Shown: positions 10,854 through 24,524, numbered from the whole stretch's first letter. The stretch: 61,914 nt of DNA, filler included, from Basidiobolus ranarum (GCA_040143965.1; 8 parts of 8 records of this genome joined end to end with filler, not necessarily neighbours in it), one strand, 5' to 3'. Numbers and translations: made by a program. The notes: generated from the sequence alone by a model not told the origin.

Positions 10854-12955
10854 TGTTGAAATTAGCATAGCCTAAACATCTATATAGTCATATTTTGGGA
10901 GTCTGTTGGAAGTGGTTTGGAGAACTAGAAGATCTGATGATTTTCGAATGAATTTATTGAGTATCGAGTATTCAGTTGACATTTATAGTTTTGTCAAGAG
11001 GTAAGCAAACAAACATGTAGAATGTGTTAAGAAAGGTCCCATGAACATATGTACAAAGTTTGGGGCTTCTGGGGTAGGTCTATATATTGGAGAACTAAGG
11101 AAATTCCTTTTAAGAATAGTGAGTGATATCTTAGTGAGATCTTGAATAACTAAATACCAAGCTATATATGACTAAATAAATGCTTAGGGTATGTTAATTT
11201 CAATAGATTTTTACCCAATAAAATTCTGAGATATATAATGCTCACATTATTTTAACCATTTTGTGATAAATGAATTTGCTATTATATCAATAGATACTCT
11301 GAATATTATCAATTATATAGAGATTTTCAGGCTATCCAAAATATAAAATAGTGATGTTATTGTTGAAATTAGTGTTGCCTAAACACCTTTATAGTGATAT
11401 AAAGCCTAGTACTTAGTTATCCTATATTCCACTAAGATATCACCCATTATTGTCATGAAGAATTTACTTAGAATATTGACACCAGCTTAAAAGTTCTCAG
11501 ATATATAGATTTTGCTCACATGCTTCTAGGACCTTTTTGAGCAAATTTTCTAAATGTTAGTTTGCTTATATCTTGTCAATGTTGAAATTAGCATTGCCTA
11601 AGCACCTATAAAGCCGTATATAGCTTAGTATTTAGTTATCTCATATTTCACTAAGATATTACCCATTATTCTCATAAGGAACTTACTTAGAAGTTCTTAG
11701 ATATATAGATTTTTTAAACCTGTGCTAGAAGCCCCAAACTTTGCTCACATGTTTCTAGGACCTTCCTTAACACAATCTACACACTAGTTTGTTCATCATC
11801 TTGAAAAATATAAATATCAACTTTCTACCCAATAAATCATTAAGTGACATCCACCAATTTCACTAATTCTCCAAACCACTTCCAACAGGATCCCAAATAC
11901 TTTAACAGTCAGAACTATAAATTTCAACTTCCAACTCAATAAATCAATAGGTGAAAACCACCAATTTCTTTATTTCTCCAAACCACTTCCAATAGGCTTC
12001 CAAAATACTTTAACTGCTATAAGGAAGAATATTATATGTACATTTTGTTGGAATTAGCATTGCCTAAACACCTATATAGTCATATATAGCTTAGTACCTG
12101 GTTATCTTATAATCCACTAAGATATTATCCATTATTCTCAATTGGAATTTACTTAGAATATTTTTACCAACTTAGAAGTTCTCAGATATATAGATTCTTC
12201 AAACTTGTGCTAGAAGCCCCAAACTTTGCAGACATGTTTCTGGGACCTTTCTCAACACATTCTACACGTTAGTTTATTCACATCTTGACAAAGCTAGAAA
12301 TGTCAACTGAATACTCAATAAATCAATAAGTGAAAACCACCAACTCCTCTAATTCTCCAAACCACTTACAACAGGCTCCTAAATACTTTAACACATTTAT
12401 CAATAAGTATAATTTTATAAATTTAAATATATGTTAATCTTTTATATTATATATGAACTGAGCATTCTGAAAGAGTAGTCATTTTGAAAGTTATTCAGTT
12501 TTTCAAAATGTTACCAAACATATGAGTCATTCCATAGTTTCACTAATATAAAAGCTATCAAGGTGTTATTTATATATTTCATATTTGAAGGGTAAGGCTC
12601 TATGGAGCAACCAAATGACTATGGTGTTGAGGTATTTTGGGAGTTATTGGAAGTGGTTTGGAGAACTAGAATAATTGGTTGTTTTCACTTAATAATTTAT
12701 TGGGTGTAAGTAGACATTTATACTTTCGTCAAGAAGTTAACCAACCAACGTGTAGAATGTGTTTAGAAAGATCCCAGGAAAATATGTGCAAATTTTCTCT
12801 TGGACAAGTTTGAGAAAATCATATAATCTGAAAACTTCCAAGTTGGTAAAAACGTTCTAAGTAAATTCCTCATGAACATATGAACAATAACATAGTGAAA
12901 CTTAGGGAGCTAATTATATGACTATATAGATGCTTAGGCTATGTCATTTTCAACA
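10854..12955. repeat. Cluster of ~6 solo LTRs, copia family B (~330-350 bp, TGTT...AACA)
   Basis: Copies at 10854 (partial +), ~10891-11204 (-), 11361-12015 (+, interrupted), 11580-11907 (+), 12046-12393 (+, TSD CATTT), 12625-12955 (-, TSD TATGG). Confidence 0.9.
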
Positions 12956-15442
12956 TATGGAATATCTAAGCAAATTTAGAAAATATATGAGCCTATTCAG
13001 TTATTCAGCAGCGTGGTTATGCACAACACGAAGCAAATTTCAGTCAATTAATAGTAAAACGGTGAAGGAAGCTCATCAACACTAGCCACAATTGCTGATA
13101 TAGCATTAATACTAGTCATACATTCTCTAGTTGAAAGATGACTTCTGTCTGATGGCTTCAATGCAATTTTTGAAGCCAAATTGAGTTTATGAATTTTCCC
13201 CTACACATTGTTCCAATAGTTCCGTATATGATCTAATATCGGAGTCAACATACATTTCACAAATATGTTGAGCTGTGTACATATTTGGTACTCTATCTTT
13301 TGTAAAGCTCTACCAGCTATTGAACCCTAGCTCCAGTTAATCTGATTTCAGGGTGATAAGCTGTTAAAAAGAAAAGAAAACTCTTCCCAGAGCTTGTGCT
13401 GGCGTCTCTGAGTCCATTTTCCATCCGACAGTAGCCCGGGATGAACTTGAGATTTATATACATAAGCCTAACGAGTTATCCGGATCAGGCTGCCCGTCCA
13501 GAGTAAACAATTCGAAATGCTAACCATGAACGAGCATACACACCCCTTTACCCCTTACTTTGAAGTTGACTACCTTGGAGCATCGTGAGGTTATCTGGAT
13601 GATGAAGATGTTCATAGAAATTTAATCCTTTCCCAATAAATCATAAAGTACTGTCAGTTGCCTATCTTGGGAATCTGTTTTAGAATACTTTAATAGAAGC
13701 TATCTCAGGGTCTAACACGATCCCAGCTTTGTGGTTTTGCAGGCTTACTTCGACCCTAGTAATATTGGCCCAGAAGTGCAATAGAAGATTGAATATCTAT
13801 CTTTGTATCGCAATATGGTCATTAGGTCTACATCTTATTGATGCAGTATCATATTATGCTTGCCTGAGTGTAGTCAAATGAACACCACTGATAATACAAA
13901 AACATTTGCTATTTGGTTGTAATTGCTTCAAAAAACTAACAGTATAGCTTATATTGGTGGAAGAGCGATTCGTGAAGAATCCAAAAAACTGCAATCTAGT
14001 GTGCATTTGTTAACTCAAACTACATGTACGTTATGATCAGCTGTTAAGCTCTCTGAACGTACGGAATTTCCAACTTGCTTGAAGCCCAAGTTTTTCTCTC
14101 TGCTACCATGATTGTTCTGTTATGACTGACTCTCCAGGTTACTTCTGACTTCATGTTAGTGTCTATTCATATTTTGATCAACGGCAATAACAAGAGGAAT
14201 GGAAGTCAAATATTCCGAGGTGATCTTTATGAAGTCACGGTCATTACTAGAACTGACCAAATCAATATTCTTGGGTCATTATTAGCTCTATTATTCTACA
14301 TAGCAAACCTTCAATGACCCTGCTTTTAAACTCACTAGTCATTACAAGGATCTAGAGCCGATTCACATATTCGTCACTTCCTATGCCGTACATGACTCTC
14401 AATACTCATAGCCTCAAACCCTCGTATATCGGTTGGATATTAATGCTGACAACTACTAATTCGTAATATATTGTGTGAGTTTATGTAACAACAGCAGAAA
14501 GTGTAGTGTTGGACCGGGCATAGCAATCAAGAGGGTGATTTGTCAGTATCATGCCGATAATTCAGAAATACAAATGTTAGCTACTTTCACTTTTGCAAAA
14601 GGTTTACCGGGTTTTAAAAATTGCTATCGCGTACTGATTCTCTGGGATAAGCCTTCCTATGGTTACTATTTCCAGATCCAATACTTACTCATGCATTGCA
14701 TGCATATCAAGCATTTCCTAAAGAAATGTGACAGTAGATAGAAACAGGGGAATAAATGATGCAACCAAAGCCCGCGTCTAAATTCTTGATAAAACTCACT
14801 ATTGGCACCTGAGAGCGGACAGAATGAAGTGCCCATTATGAGAAAACCTTTATTGGTGAGTCATGGAATTATGATTCTCCAGTGAATGTATAATCCCTTT
14901 TTGAAAACGACATTTCCATATTCAAGAAGTTGTACTATTTAACTAACGCCGAGATATCACCCGGTACATGGTACTTTTCTGAACATAACTAAATTTGAAG
15001 GACCAGCCCATAGTAGGCATCACCATATCCATCAACCTGTTCTAAACGTTAACGTCTTCTGGACTTCAGTTAGTATTGATGGAAATCCATGCGGTGCGAC
15101 GTCAAAACTTGGTTCAAGATAGACATTGGCTTGAATTTTCCAAGCATTTCCTCGGATCAATATACCAAACTCCTGCCGAAGTAGGCTTGGGAAGCCTGTC
15201 GTTATTTCTCAATAAGAAATTCGGAAGATGCTTAGTTATGTTGGTCACTATTGTGTGGTCAACAAGGCCAATAGACTGAATCAAGTCACATATTCTATTT
15301 ATACAAGTCAGGTGGATAAAATCGACCACCACTACCCAAGTTGAGATCCGAACCTTCGCAACATAAAACTTGGAAAAAGAGCCATCCAGACCATCCTTAA
15401 TGGAGAGTATTTGTATGTGATTCATGCTAATTTTGTAAATTA

Positions 15443-15542
15443 NNNNNNNNNNNNNNNNNNNNNNNNNNNNNNNNNNNNNNNNNNNNTTAATTAATTAANN
15501 NNNNNNNNNNNNNNNNNNNNNNNNNNNNNNNNNNNNNNNNNN
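15443..15542. other. Artificial contig linker
   Basis: N44-TTAATTAATTAA-N44. Confidence 0.99.
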
Positions 15543-15805
15543 TTCCAGGTTTTTGTCCTATTGTCCATCTGGTTTGCACTGAGTACCTTCCTTTCTGCTT
15601 ACCACCTTTGCCCCTTAACACTATATTTACATCCTCTGAGCTTGATTACATTGGTCATCAGGTTAAGTATGGATATGATCCAGTATTGTCACAATATCTT
15701 GAAAGATTGATGTCTTGATTGTCACTTTGTTTAGATCTGTATTTAAGCTAAATAAAGTCCACACCATCTGGTGCTTTTCATCCCCCCTCTTTAACTATTG
15801 TAACA
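15543..15805. repeat. LTR-like interspersed repeat (family C)
   Basis: 15637-15788 is the reverse complement of ~46295-46447 in another contig; CpG-free; ends ...TGTAACA. Confidence 0.75.
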
Positions 15806-15996
15806 TGTTTTATGATTATGTACTAGTATGACTTTGCATAAAGGATTACTAAATATCATACAATAGATGAAGCATGGAATGGCACTGTAAGAAATTTAAT
15901 TTACAAATAATCATCTTTATTTAAGAACATATTTCAATAGATTGTAATAAGGTAAGCCTGTCCCCATTAGTAACAGTCGTCACATGGCACCAATTT

Positions 15997-18900
15997 TTAG
16001 CCCCACACATCTTCGTTATAGCGTTCAGTCTCCACCAAATGGGTGATACCCTCAACTGCCTCAGGTTCAGACATTCCTGCTACTTGAACTGCGAGCCTCT
16101 CAAAAGTGCGTCTAACATCGCTGGCCATTCCTTTTCCAGCTCCGCAGACATAGACATGCGCGGAATGCTTTGTTATGAGAGTGTAAAGTAATTCAGCATT
16201 GGTCAAGAGCAAATGCTGAACATATTTTTTTGTCTGATTGTATCGTGAGAAAGTAGTATGTAACTGTGTTAGCGTTCCATCCTCCACGTACGCATCCAGT
16301 TCATCTTTGTATATGTAGTCATGATTTGGATGCCTACAACCGAAGAATAGGTAAGCATCCGATGATCCCCCTTTCTCCTTACTCTTCCAGCCCTTCGCAT
16401 GTCGCTCCTGGAGGAAGCCTCTAAATGGAGAGTATCCTGTCCCAGCACATATGAAGATAACAGGTATATTCTCGTCTTCCGGTAGACGGAAGTTATTTTT
16501 ACATGGTTTGATTCTCGCATCTATCTTAGTTCCGACTGGGCATCTCATTAAGTATCCAGAAGCTAAGCCTTCATAAATCGTATTATTATCTGGGCCACCC
16601 AGGTCTTTCACAATCCCAACAGTCTGAAGATAGAAATGGTAATGAAAATTAATAAGTATGTTGCCGAAGTAGGGGAGAAGTCTTACTTACCACAGAAACT
16701 TGCTTTGGATGCTCCAGAGGACTACTAGATATGGAATATCTTCTGGGTACCATCACATTTACCGAGCTTAGGAATTCCTTAAAGCTGAGCTCCTTGATCT
16801 TAAATGCACGCTGAATATCCAGAATAGTCCGGTGAGTTGCTAGGAATTCTTTTAATCGGGGGGTTTCTTTTCCAGGTTGCAATGCTGCTTGTAACCTCTC
16901 GGCCACATCTGGTCTTGTCTTTTGAAGTTGTTTCGCCATGATTGTAAGAGTATATCTTGTAGGAGGACCCAATAGATCTGCATAGTAAGTCAAGGCATTC
17001 TTGATAGTACATGGTCCAACGATGTTTGCGCCGAGTGAACGGGGTGACAAGTTCACTATTTGGCAATCTTTAATCTGGAATACCGAATCTAGAGCAAATC
17101 CAAATCCTATAGCGACATCTTCCACAAGTTGCTCGTCGTTCGAAGGTCTAATCTCCAAATGGTCACCTGCTCTATAAAGAGGAGCTCCAGAATCAGAATT
17201 AGCTGAAGGAAATTCTACTTCAATATGGCGTGTGCTTCTTCCGCTTTCTTCAACGTTTTGTAGCTCTCTGTTCTCACGTATAGTTACTAGTGAGTCTGGA
17301 TCATAATTACGATTGGCACGTGCAGCTTCCATAGCAGCCTTGTCTTTCCCAAGAGGTAAAAATTCCAAAGTGAAATCTTTCGAAGGATCAGCAACTGGAC
17401 CTGATGTACTCATAAGATCAGCTTCTTTGTCAGAGGCTCCTCGACCATACTTCTGCATTAGAGCTGCCCAGAAACTCGCAGACCAATTTGTAAAGTCTGC
17501 ATCGATGTCATCATCGGCATTGCCAACTCCAGCGGGAACTAATCTTTCGGCTCCCAAAAGTTCTATAGAAGTGTCGACCTTAGTGGGGAAAGCTTGGAAT
17601 GTTGACTGCCATTGTTTGTTGCCACAACCAAAAACAGCGTATAAAAGACCCTCCATTTGATTTTTCTGATCTTTAGTGGTATCGGTTAACCATTTGTCAA
17701 ACTTCAATGCGTTGTCTGGTGGGTAACCATTATAGGTGGCAGTTACAATAACTGCCAATTGTGATACTTGAACACCGTCCTCATCACTAGGAGATTTCTG
17801 CTCTTTGCTGGAGGGGACCTTGTCTTTGCCAATCATATCCCAGTCGTCGAGTTCAGCAACGGCGACTTCAGTGAAGCCGAATTCCTTGGCTTGTCCAGAA
17901 AGTTTTCTGGCATATTCTTCTGATGTTCCGGTTTGTGTGCCATAAAGGAACGTAACAGGAGGTAAAGGGAACTTGGCATATCCAGGTGCGATTTTTTCGG
18001 TATGAGCGTTATTTGCTGGTTTGTCACTACTATCTTTACTTGGAATATTCTCATGCTCATTTGGTGAGGGCAATTCAGCTGGCAGAACCTTCATGGTCAA
18101 GTCTACTGGTTTCACGGAAACAATGATTTGGTATCCAACTTCCTTGTTTTCATCTTCAAGTCGAAAACGGAATTTACTTAGTAGCATGATCAGGGCAAGT
18201 TTTCCTTCTTGTAAAGAGAACTGTCTTCCTATGCAAGCTCGTGGCCCGTCACTAAAGGGGATCCAGGCACATGGATGACGATCAGCGTCCTGTTCTGAAC
18301 CAAATCGCTCAGGATTAAAAGCATTGGGATCCTTCCAGAGCTTGGGATCCTTGTGTACGGATGCGATTTGCACTTGACAAAGCTGTCCCCTTTTAATTTC
18401 ATATTCCTTTCCTTCAGAGGATTTGATAGTGCAATCATTTTGACAATACTTCAAGACCATTGGAATGGGAGGATGGTATCTTAATGATTCTTTGATGACC
18501 ATATCTGTATATTTGCATTGGGCCACTTGTTCCTGTGAAGGAATTTCGCCAGGCTTGATTCCCGCATTGACTATCTCCTGAAGCATTTTCTTTTCTACGT
18601 CTGGGTTACGTGCCAGCTCAAAGAAAGTCCAGCTGAGGAACGATGAAGTGGTGTTGTGTCCTGAAGTAAACAATTAGTTCATATATCCCCATGCATCTTC
18701 GTACTTACTGAATGTACTCACCTGCGCTTAAAAATGTGATAATCTCATCGCGGATCAGATGGTCATCTAGTTTTTCACCCTCCTTGGACTCTGCTGCCAG
18801 CATGAAGTCCAGTAGGTCCTTACGAGCATCCTCGGCAGGAGGATTTTTTCTACGCTGGCTTAGGACATCATCAACCGTACCTCTAAGGGTAGCAAGATCT

Positions 18901-19799
18901 CGACGAAATCTAACGTTCGCAGTGGTTTGTAACCACTTGGTCCATGTCACAGAATTGGATCGCTTCATTATCATACTCTGGACATAATTGAGAGCAACTG
19001 AAAATGGATGACGCTGACATAGAAGATCACCATTCAGTTATTGGCTGGTGTTCACGTGCAATTAAAGCAGTCACATACCTCACTATCTTTATCATCCAGA
19101 AGGTTGAAGTTATATCCAAAACCGATAACTCCTATACTCTCTAGGGCTAGGGAGATCATCCAACGAGACATGTCGACTGCCTCTCCGGATTTTTCGAATG
19201 AATCCATGATCTTTATCAAGTCTAGAATGCATTTTCCCATGGTTTCGTGATACGCCTGTAATTTGCGGGTCAGTGATCATAGTTCAAGTCAAAAGGCCAA
19301 GGATTTTTTTTCTAACCTTCATTGCACGTGCGCTAAAAGCGGGCATGAGTAATTTGTGAGCAAGTACCCAGTCTAGATTTGAGTCAAGGGTCAACTATCG
19401 GCTGTAGGTTCAATACACAGGATTAGTTCTACAAACCTGGGTCCTTAGTAGCGGTGGTCACCAGACCTCTACCGTTCAGGATAGCAAGATCCTCGTAGAC
19501 ACCATATATTTCTTTGGTGAAATCTCCTTCGCCAGAGATGCTGTTAATGATATCAGGGTCACAGATAGACACGAGCTCGTGCCCACCCAAGGAAATGCGC
19601 ATGACTGGGCCATATTCATCATGCAGACGTCTGAAATTTCCTATTAAGTCTGGTATAATATCTTGAATGTTGCCCATTAACATACTAGATTGATGAATTG
19701 GCCATTCAATAGGTTAGTAAGGACTCTTCCTGTCGCTATGAATCAATGTACAACTCACTGGGGCTTTGGTCCCGGTATCTCGTCACTCTTGTAGACCAT
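15997..19799 (-). CDS. Self-sufficient cytochrome P450-NADPH reductase fusion (CYP505/CYP102 BM3-like), 7 exons
   Basis: MVYKSDEIPGPKPHMLMGN start; ESLR K-helix; PERF; heme motif PFSDGPRACIG; FMN domain YGTQTGTSE and FGCGN; FAD motif RRYSISS; NADPH motifs GTGYSPFRGF and YVCG; ends EDVWG; six GT-AG introns. Confidence 0.95.
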
Positions 19800-20265
19800 G
19801 GTAGAGAACTGTTCTTCAAGATTTAGTGAGGTTATTAGAGAGTTTCAATGCTGAATTGAGGTTCAGTTGAACGACCGATGTTCTTTATATTCTCTAATTT
19901 TTCTTATTACTATGACCATCTCATTGGCTCTACGAGTAACAGCTATCTATACTTGACATACTCAAATGTCTACGCATCATAATGCAATCACTTTAGCCTA
20001 TGATTGGACAACCTATTGCAAATAAACCGGTGCTAACGCAAGTTGTTTGCTCGGTTATAGGCAAATCCTATGACGCGGCCCACTAGCTCTATTTTGGGTG
20101 ACATAAGACTACGACATCGTCACTATTTGTGTGGAGACTGAAATCTATATTATCAAATGGCATATGAGTGGAGAGGGTAATTATCGGTTATTGATGCCGA
20201 CCAATGTGTTGGAACTGCTATTTAATGCTCACTCCAAGTCACTATCAGATTAATTAAAATCTACC

Positions 20266-21557
20266 ATGGACCTACCCAAATTCAAAGATCTCCCTCTCGC
20301 TGCTGGTGGACCTGAACGTTCGGCATGGTAATGGCAGCTGTATTGGCTAAAGGTGTCTCCCGATGAAAACCATTACTAAACTGATATCTGAATGCTAGGA
20401 ATGTTTTCGGCAAAGACGATGAACTAGGCACCCTTAACCTACTTACTTCGGAGACAGCCTTGAATGCTGCCTCGAGTTCCATCAAGACTGGAGAATTTTT
20501 CTCCTTGAATTGGAGTTTGGAATTGGTAATTTTTTATTAATTATTAACATTTTTCCACTCTTTCGGTGTATTGATCTACCTCTTGTATATGAAGCCTGAA
20601 CCACCGTTATTTAACCGCTCCATTGGTACCAAGAAAGTGGTTAGTTTTGCCGAAGTAGGTGCGGAGTATGTCATGGATGACATATACTATGATATGAACA
20701 CGCAAGCATCGACTCAATGGGATGGACTCCGACATGTGGGTATGTTGTACGTTGAGCTGACTTTGAAATGAATGTATTAAATCAAGCATCATAGGGAACT
20801 CCAAGTTGGGTGCTTTCTACAACGGAGTGAAAAGAGATGAAATCCTTGATCCGGATAATGTTGGCAGGCTGGGTATTCACAACGTTGCGAGGAAAGGAAT
20901 TGCTGGACGAGGAGTTCTTCTGGACTTCAAGTCGTATGCCGACAAGAAGGGTAATTTTTCTTCGATATCAGCTTGAAAAATTCCCTCTGAAACGTTAGGT
21001 TTAGGTATCAAATTTAGCCCCGGTGATTCATACGCAATCAAATTGGCCGATCTTAAAGCTATTGTAGCAGAGAAGCAGATCACTTTCATTCCGGGCGATA
21101 TCCTTGTTATTCATACTGGTTGGATTGAATGGTATGAGGCATTGCCATCTAAGGAACGAGAGATCTACGCTTCTAAGCAACTTGTTCAGAGTATTGGTGT
21201 GGAGCAATCGATTGAAATGCTTGAATGGATATGGGACAGTCGATTCGCAGCGGTTGCTAGTGATGCTCCAGCTTTTGAGCGCTTTCCGGCTCCCCCAGGC
21301 GAAATGCTTCACGAAAGTATTTTAGCGTTATTTGGAATGCCCATTGGCGAATTCTTCGATGTTCAGAAACTAGCCCAACGAGCGAATGAACTTGGACGTT
21401 GGAATTTCTTTTTGACCTCTGGTATGTTATCTTTTGATGTTTATTGTAAATATGTAATAGAATATATCAACTAAATTGGTGCCCCACATAATGCTAAGCC
21501 CCCCTCAATCGATTTGGTGGCGTAGCAAGCCCTGCCAATGCACTTGGTATCCTGTGA
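20266..21557 (+). CDS. Putative cyclase / kynurenine formamidase-like metal-dependent hydrolase, 6 exons
   Basis: SAW..FGKDDELGTLNLL, NTQASTQWDGLRH, GIAGRGVLLD, GDILVIHTGW, AVASD, GMPIGE, SAPLN..GGVASPANA. Confidence 0.9.
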
Positions 21558-22760
21558 TGTAATGCCATTCTATGCTATGTACTGGCTAGCACGAGTAAAC
21601 GTTTCTACCCTCAGTCAAACCATTAGCACCTATCTGGCTTACCTACGTGAAGACTTAGTAATATGAAATAAAAATTCCCAATAAGGCACCCTTGATCCAA
21701 TCCGAATACCCGTACTAAGAGTTTACAGTTAGCTAGACCATTTGGGGCACGCAATTTAGTGCTTTTATATATACCAAGTCCAGCTATGCTGCATTGCCAA
21801 ATATAGGAACGACTACACATGATATTCGGTGGATATTAGTGATCACAATTCGAATGATTGGCCCAAGAAAGCACTTCGATCTCTTTAGTAAAAGATAACA
21901 GATCCGTAGTAAGATGTTAGTAATCGATCATATATTCAGGACGGATTTGGATATTTAGGAGGGGCTGGGGTTGTCAAGCGCACATACGACTTTGATTATA
22001 TTTATCAGCCATCAAGGACCAATTACCACCATGGAGGCGTGATCAAATCACGCTAGCAGAGGGATTAGATCAAACCCAAATGTAGGGGTGATTGGTCTAG
22101 TCGACATACGTGTGATCTGTTAGCAAACGGAATTATTGGGACCATTTTCCACGACTTCACGCAAGAGACGAGCAGGTTCATTTGCTTTTGAAACCGCCAC
22201 AACCCCCAATACATGGTTTTTCTAGCACCTTTTGATTCAGTCATGTTCTTGGTTTGAGAAGATGCATTGAGAGAGAATTGCGTAAGTCGCTTCAAACAAA
22301 TATATCAAAGGCCCATGTAATCTTGCATCTACCATGCAGTGTTTATCCTTGCTGGATGGAAGACTTGGTATTAGGCGCTGAGACGCACCAGGAACATGTA
22401 TTTAATGGCTCAAGTGACAATGGCTCACGTCATAGGGATTATTTTGAAAGAAAAATCTACTTACTATATTAGAATGTTCTAATCGGGTCAATTATGATAC
22501 AACTGATGCCACAGGACTGCTAAAAAAATGCACTCTGGCTGGTTAATAATGCTGCATTTTCATTAGGTATCTCGAGATACTAGTCAGACCAATGAACACA
22601 CTTTTCAAAAACCGCAATCCTACATTCAGTTACGTATTCAAACTTTAGATATGATATTGGTGCTTAAATACGCGTTTTGTCCGAAAATCAAGCAAACAAG
22701 CACATTCTTACTTTGATCCCTCATATCCGATCTACCACATCTTTACTGTTATCACCGAAA

Positions 22761-23204
22761 ATGTCGAAGTGGACTCCTACCGAAATGCCCAATCTTAAAG
22801 AAAAAACTGTAGTTATTACAGGCGCCAACAGTGGCATTGGATTCTATACTGCACTCGAATTTGGTCGTGCCGGCGCAAGAGTATGGCTCGCCTGCCGCAA
22901 CCCAAGCAAAGCCGACGAAGCTCTTACTCAACTTCGCGAACAAGTACCTGAAGGTGATTTTAAAGTTGGAAAACTTGATCTCTCTGATTTAGCTTCCGTA
23001 CGCGATTTTTCCCAAGAAGTTCTTGCAGAGTGGCCTCGTCTTGATTTCCTTATTAACAATGCTGGAGTCATGGCTATTCCCACTCGCACAGTTACAAAAG
23101 ATGGATTTGAAATGCAATTTGGTACAAATCATTTGGGTCACTTTGCTCTGACTGCATTATTGACTCCCGCCCTTCTCGCTTCTCCCGCTCCTCGAGTTGT
23201 CGTA
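22761..23204 (+). CDS. Short-chain dehydrogenase/reductase (retinol-DH/WWOX-like subgroup), 3'-truncated
   Basis: TGANSGIG, LDLSDL.SV, NNAGVM, DGFEMQFGTNHLGHF; runs into the gap. Confidence 0.93.
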
Positions 23205-23304
23205 NNNNNNNNNNNNNNNNNNNNNNNNNNNNNNNNNNNNNNNNNNNNTTAATTAATTAANNNNNNNNNNNNNNNNNNNNNNNNNNNNNNNNNNNNNNNN
23301 NNNN
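23205..23304. other. Artificial contig linker
   Basis: N44-TTAATTAATTAA-N44. Confidence 0.99.
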
Positions 23305-23564
23305 TTGACATTTATAGTTTTGTCAAGATGTAAGCAAACTAACATGTAGAATATGTTAAGGAAGGTCCCAGGAACATGTGTGCAAAGTTTGGGGCTTCTA
23401 GCACAAGTTTGAAAATCTATATATCTGAGAACTTCTAAGTTGGTAAAAATATTCCAAGTAAATTCCTCATGAGAATAATTGATAATATCTTAGTGAGTTA
23501 TAAGATAACTAAGTACCAAGTTATATATGACTATATAGGTGTTTAGGCAATGCTAATTTCAACA
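23305..23564 (-). repeat. Partial copia family-B LTR
   Basis: Reverse complement of ~12046-12306; ends GCTAATTTCAACA. Confidence 0.9.
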
Positions 23565-24524
23565 AATCAAAGCATCCCAAATACTAAATACAACAAAAAC
23601 TACAATATTCAATGAAAACAGTTCATTTTTCTAAATACTGTAGGCGCCTTCAACTCATACTAGTAACTTACAGTTTCCTATCTTACAGGATTTAATGAAT
23701 CATGGATACAATGGTAATCGATGTTAATAGAGGAATACATGAGCTGTCATAGGCTACATATCATCGAAACCACGGATCTTCCATTGCGAGAGAGTATAAA
23801 GCACAACATCAGAATAGCAACTAAAAATTGGAAACATCTGCCCTGGCTTAGTATACATATGGATATATTAGTAATAAGCTAGGTAACTACTCGACTGCGG
23901 TAAATCATCCAACCACCCAATGTCCAGCATAACCAGAGAACGCAGCATAAAATCAATTGGGCAGATACTTGATCAGAGATGGAAGAGCGTTTGGTTTGCA
24001 GCTAACCTAACCCTAAACGCAAATAATTGAATACTGTTCTGTTGTTGTTATACATGTTTAAATTATATACAATTTATCTTCCAGGTCAGCTCGGCTATCT
24101 GTGGTTGTCAACGGTTCCAGCCGGGACCATTTATATTTTATCTACTAATTCAATATCAGTCCACTACAAATGGGGTAACAAGTTTGCTTGAGATGGCACA
24201 ACCTCTTCAGGTGACTAATCCACTCCAATCAACACCACCAAGTCGGGAAGATGGATAAATTATCATATACGTGTCAACAGACAGACTATAATAAATTATT
24301 GCTTATATATATACTGCCAAGTGTATAGTAAATTATTCTATACAGGTAAAGACTTCCTGTATAATAACACTAAATTAATTCACTTACCAGTCACCGAAGA
24401 GTTAACCATAAAATCCTATTTTGATTCTTTTGAGGAAATCTTTTTTCACCAACTTGCTACTTAAATAGACATTCACTCTCTTGTGCCCTTTCGCCTAATA
24501 CCTCAAGGTTGCCTTCCTGGTGAA

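Noticed and set aside
10854-12955. CRISPR array or satellite
   Set aside because: Units are ~340 bp with TG..CA ends, mixed orientation and individual 5-bp TSDs, which identifies solo LTRs
13000-15442. Short ORFs (14475-14741, 15076-15279, 15114-15425) as genes
   Set aside because: No recognisable motifs. A possible intron near 15295-15352 hints at a truncated gene end, but support is insufficient
16269-19250. Overlapping and antisense ORFs within the P450 gene (likewise in KOG1, BDP1, PRP8, SER1)
   Set aside because: Alternative-frame shadows of real coding sequence
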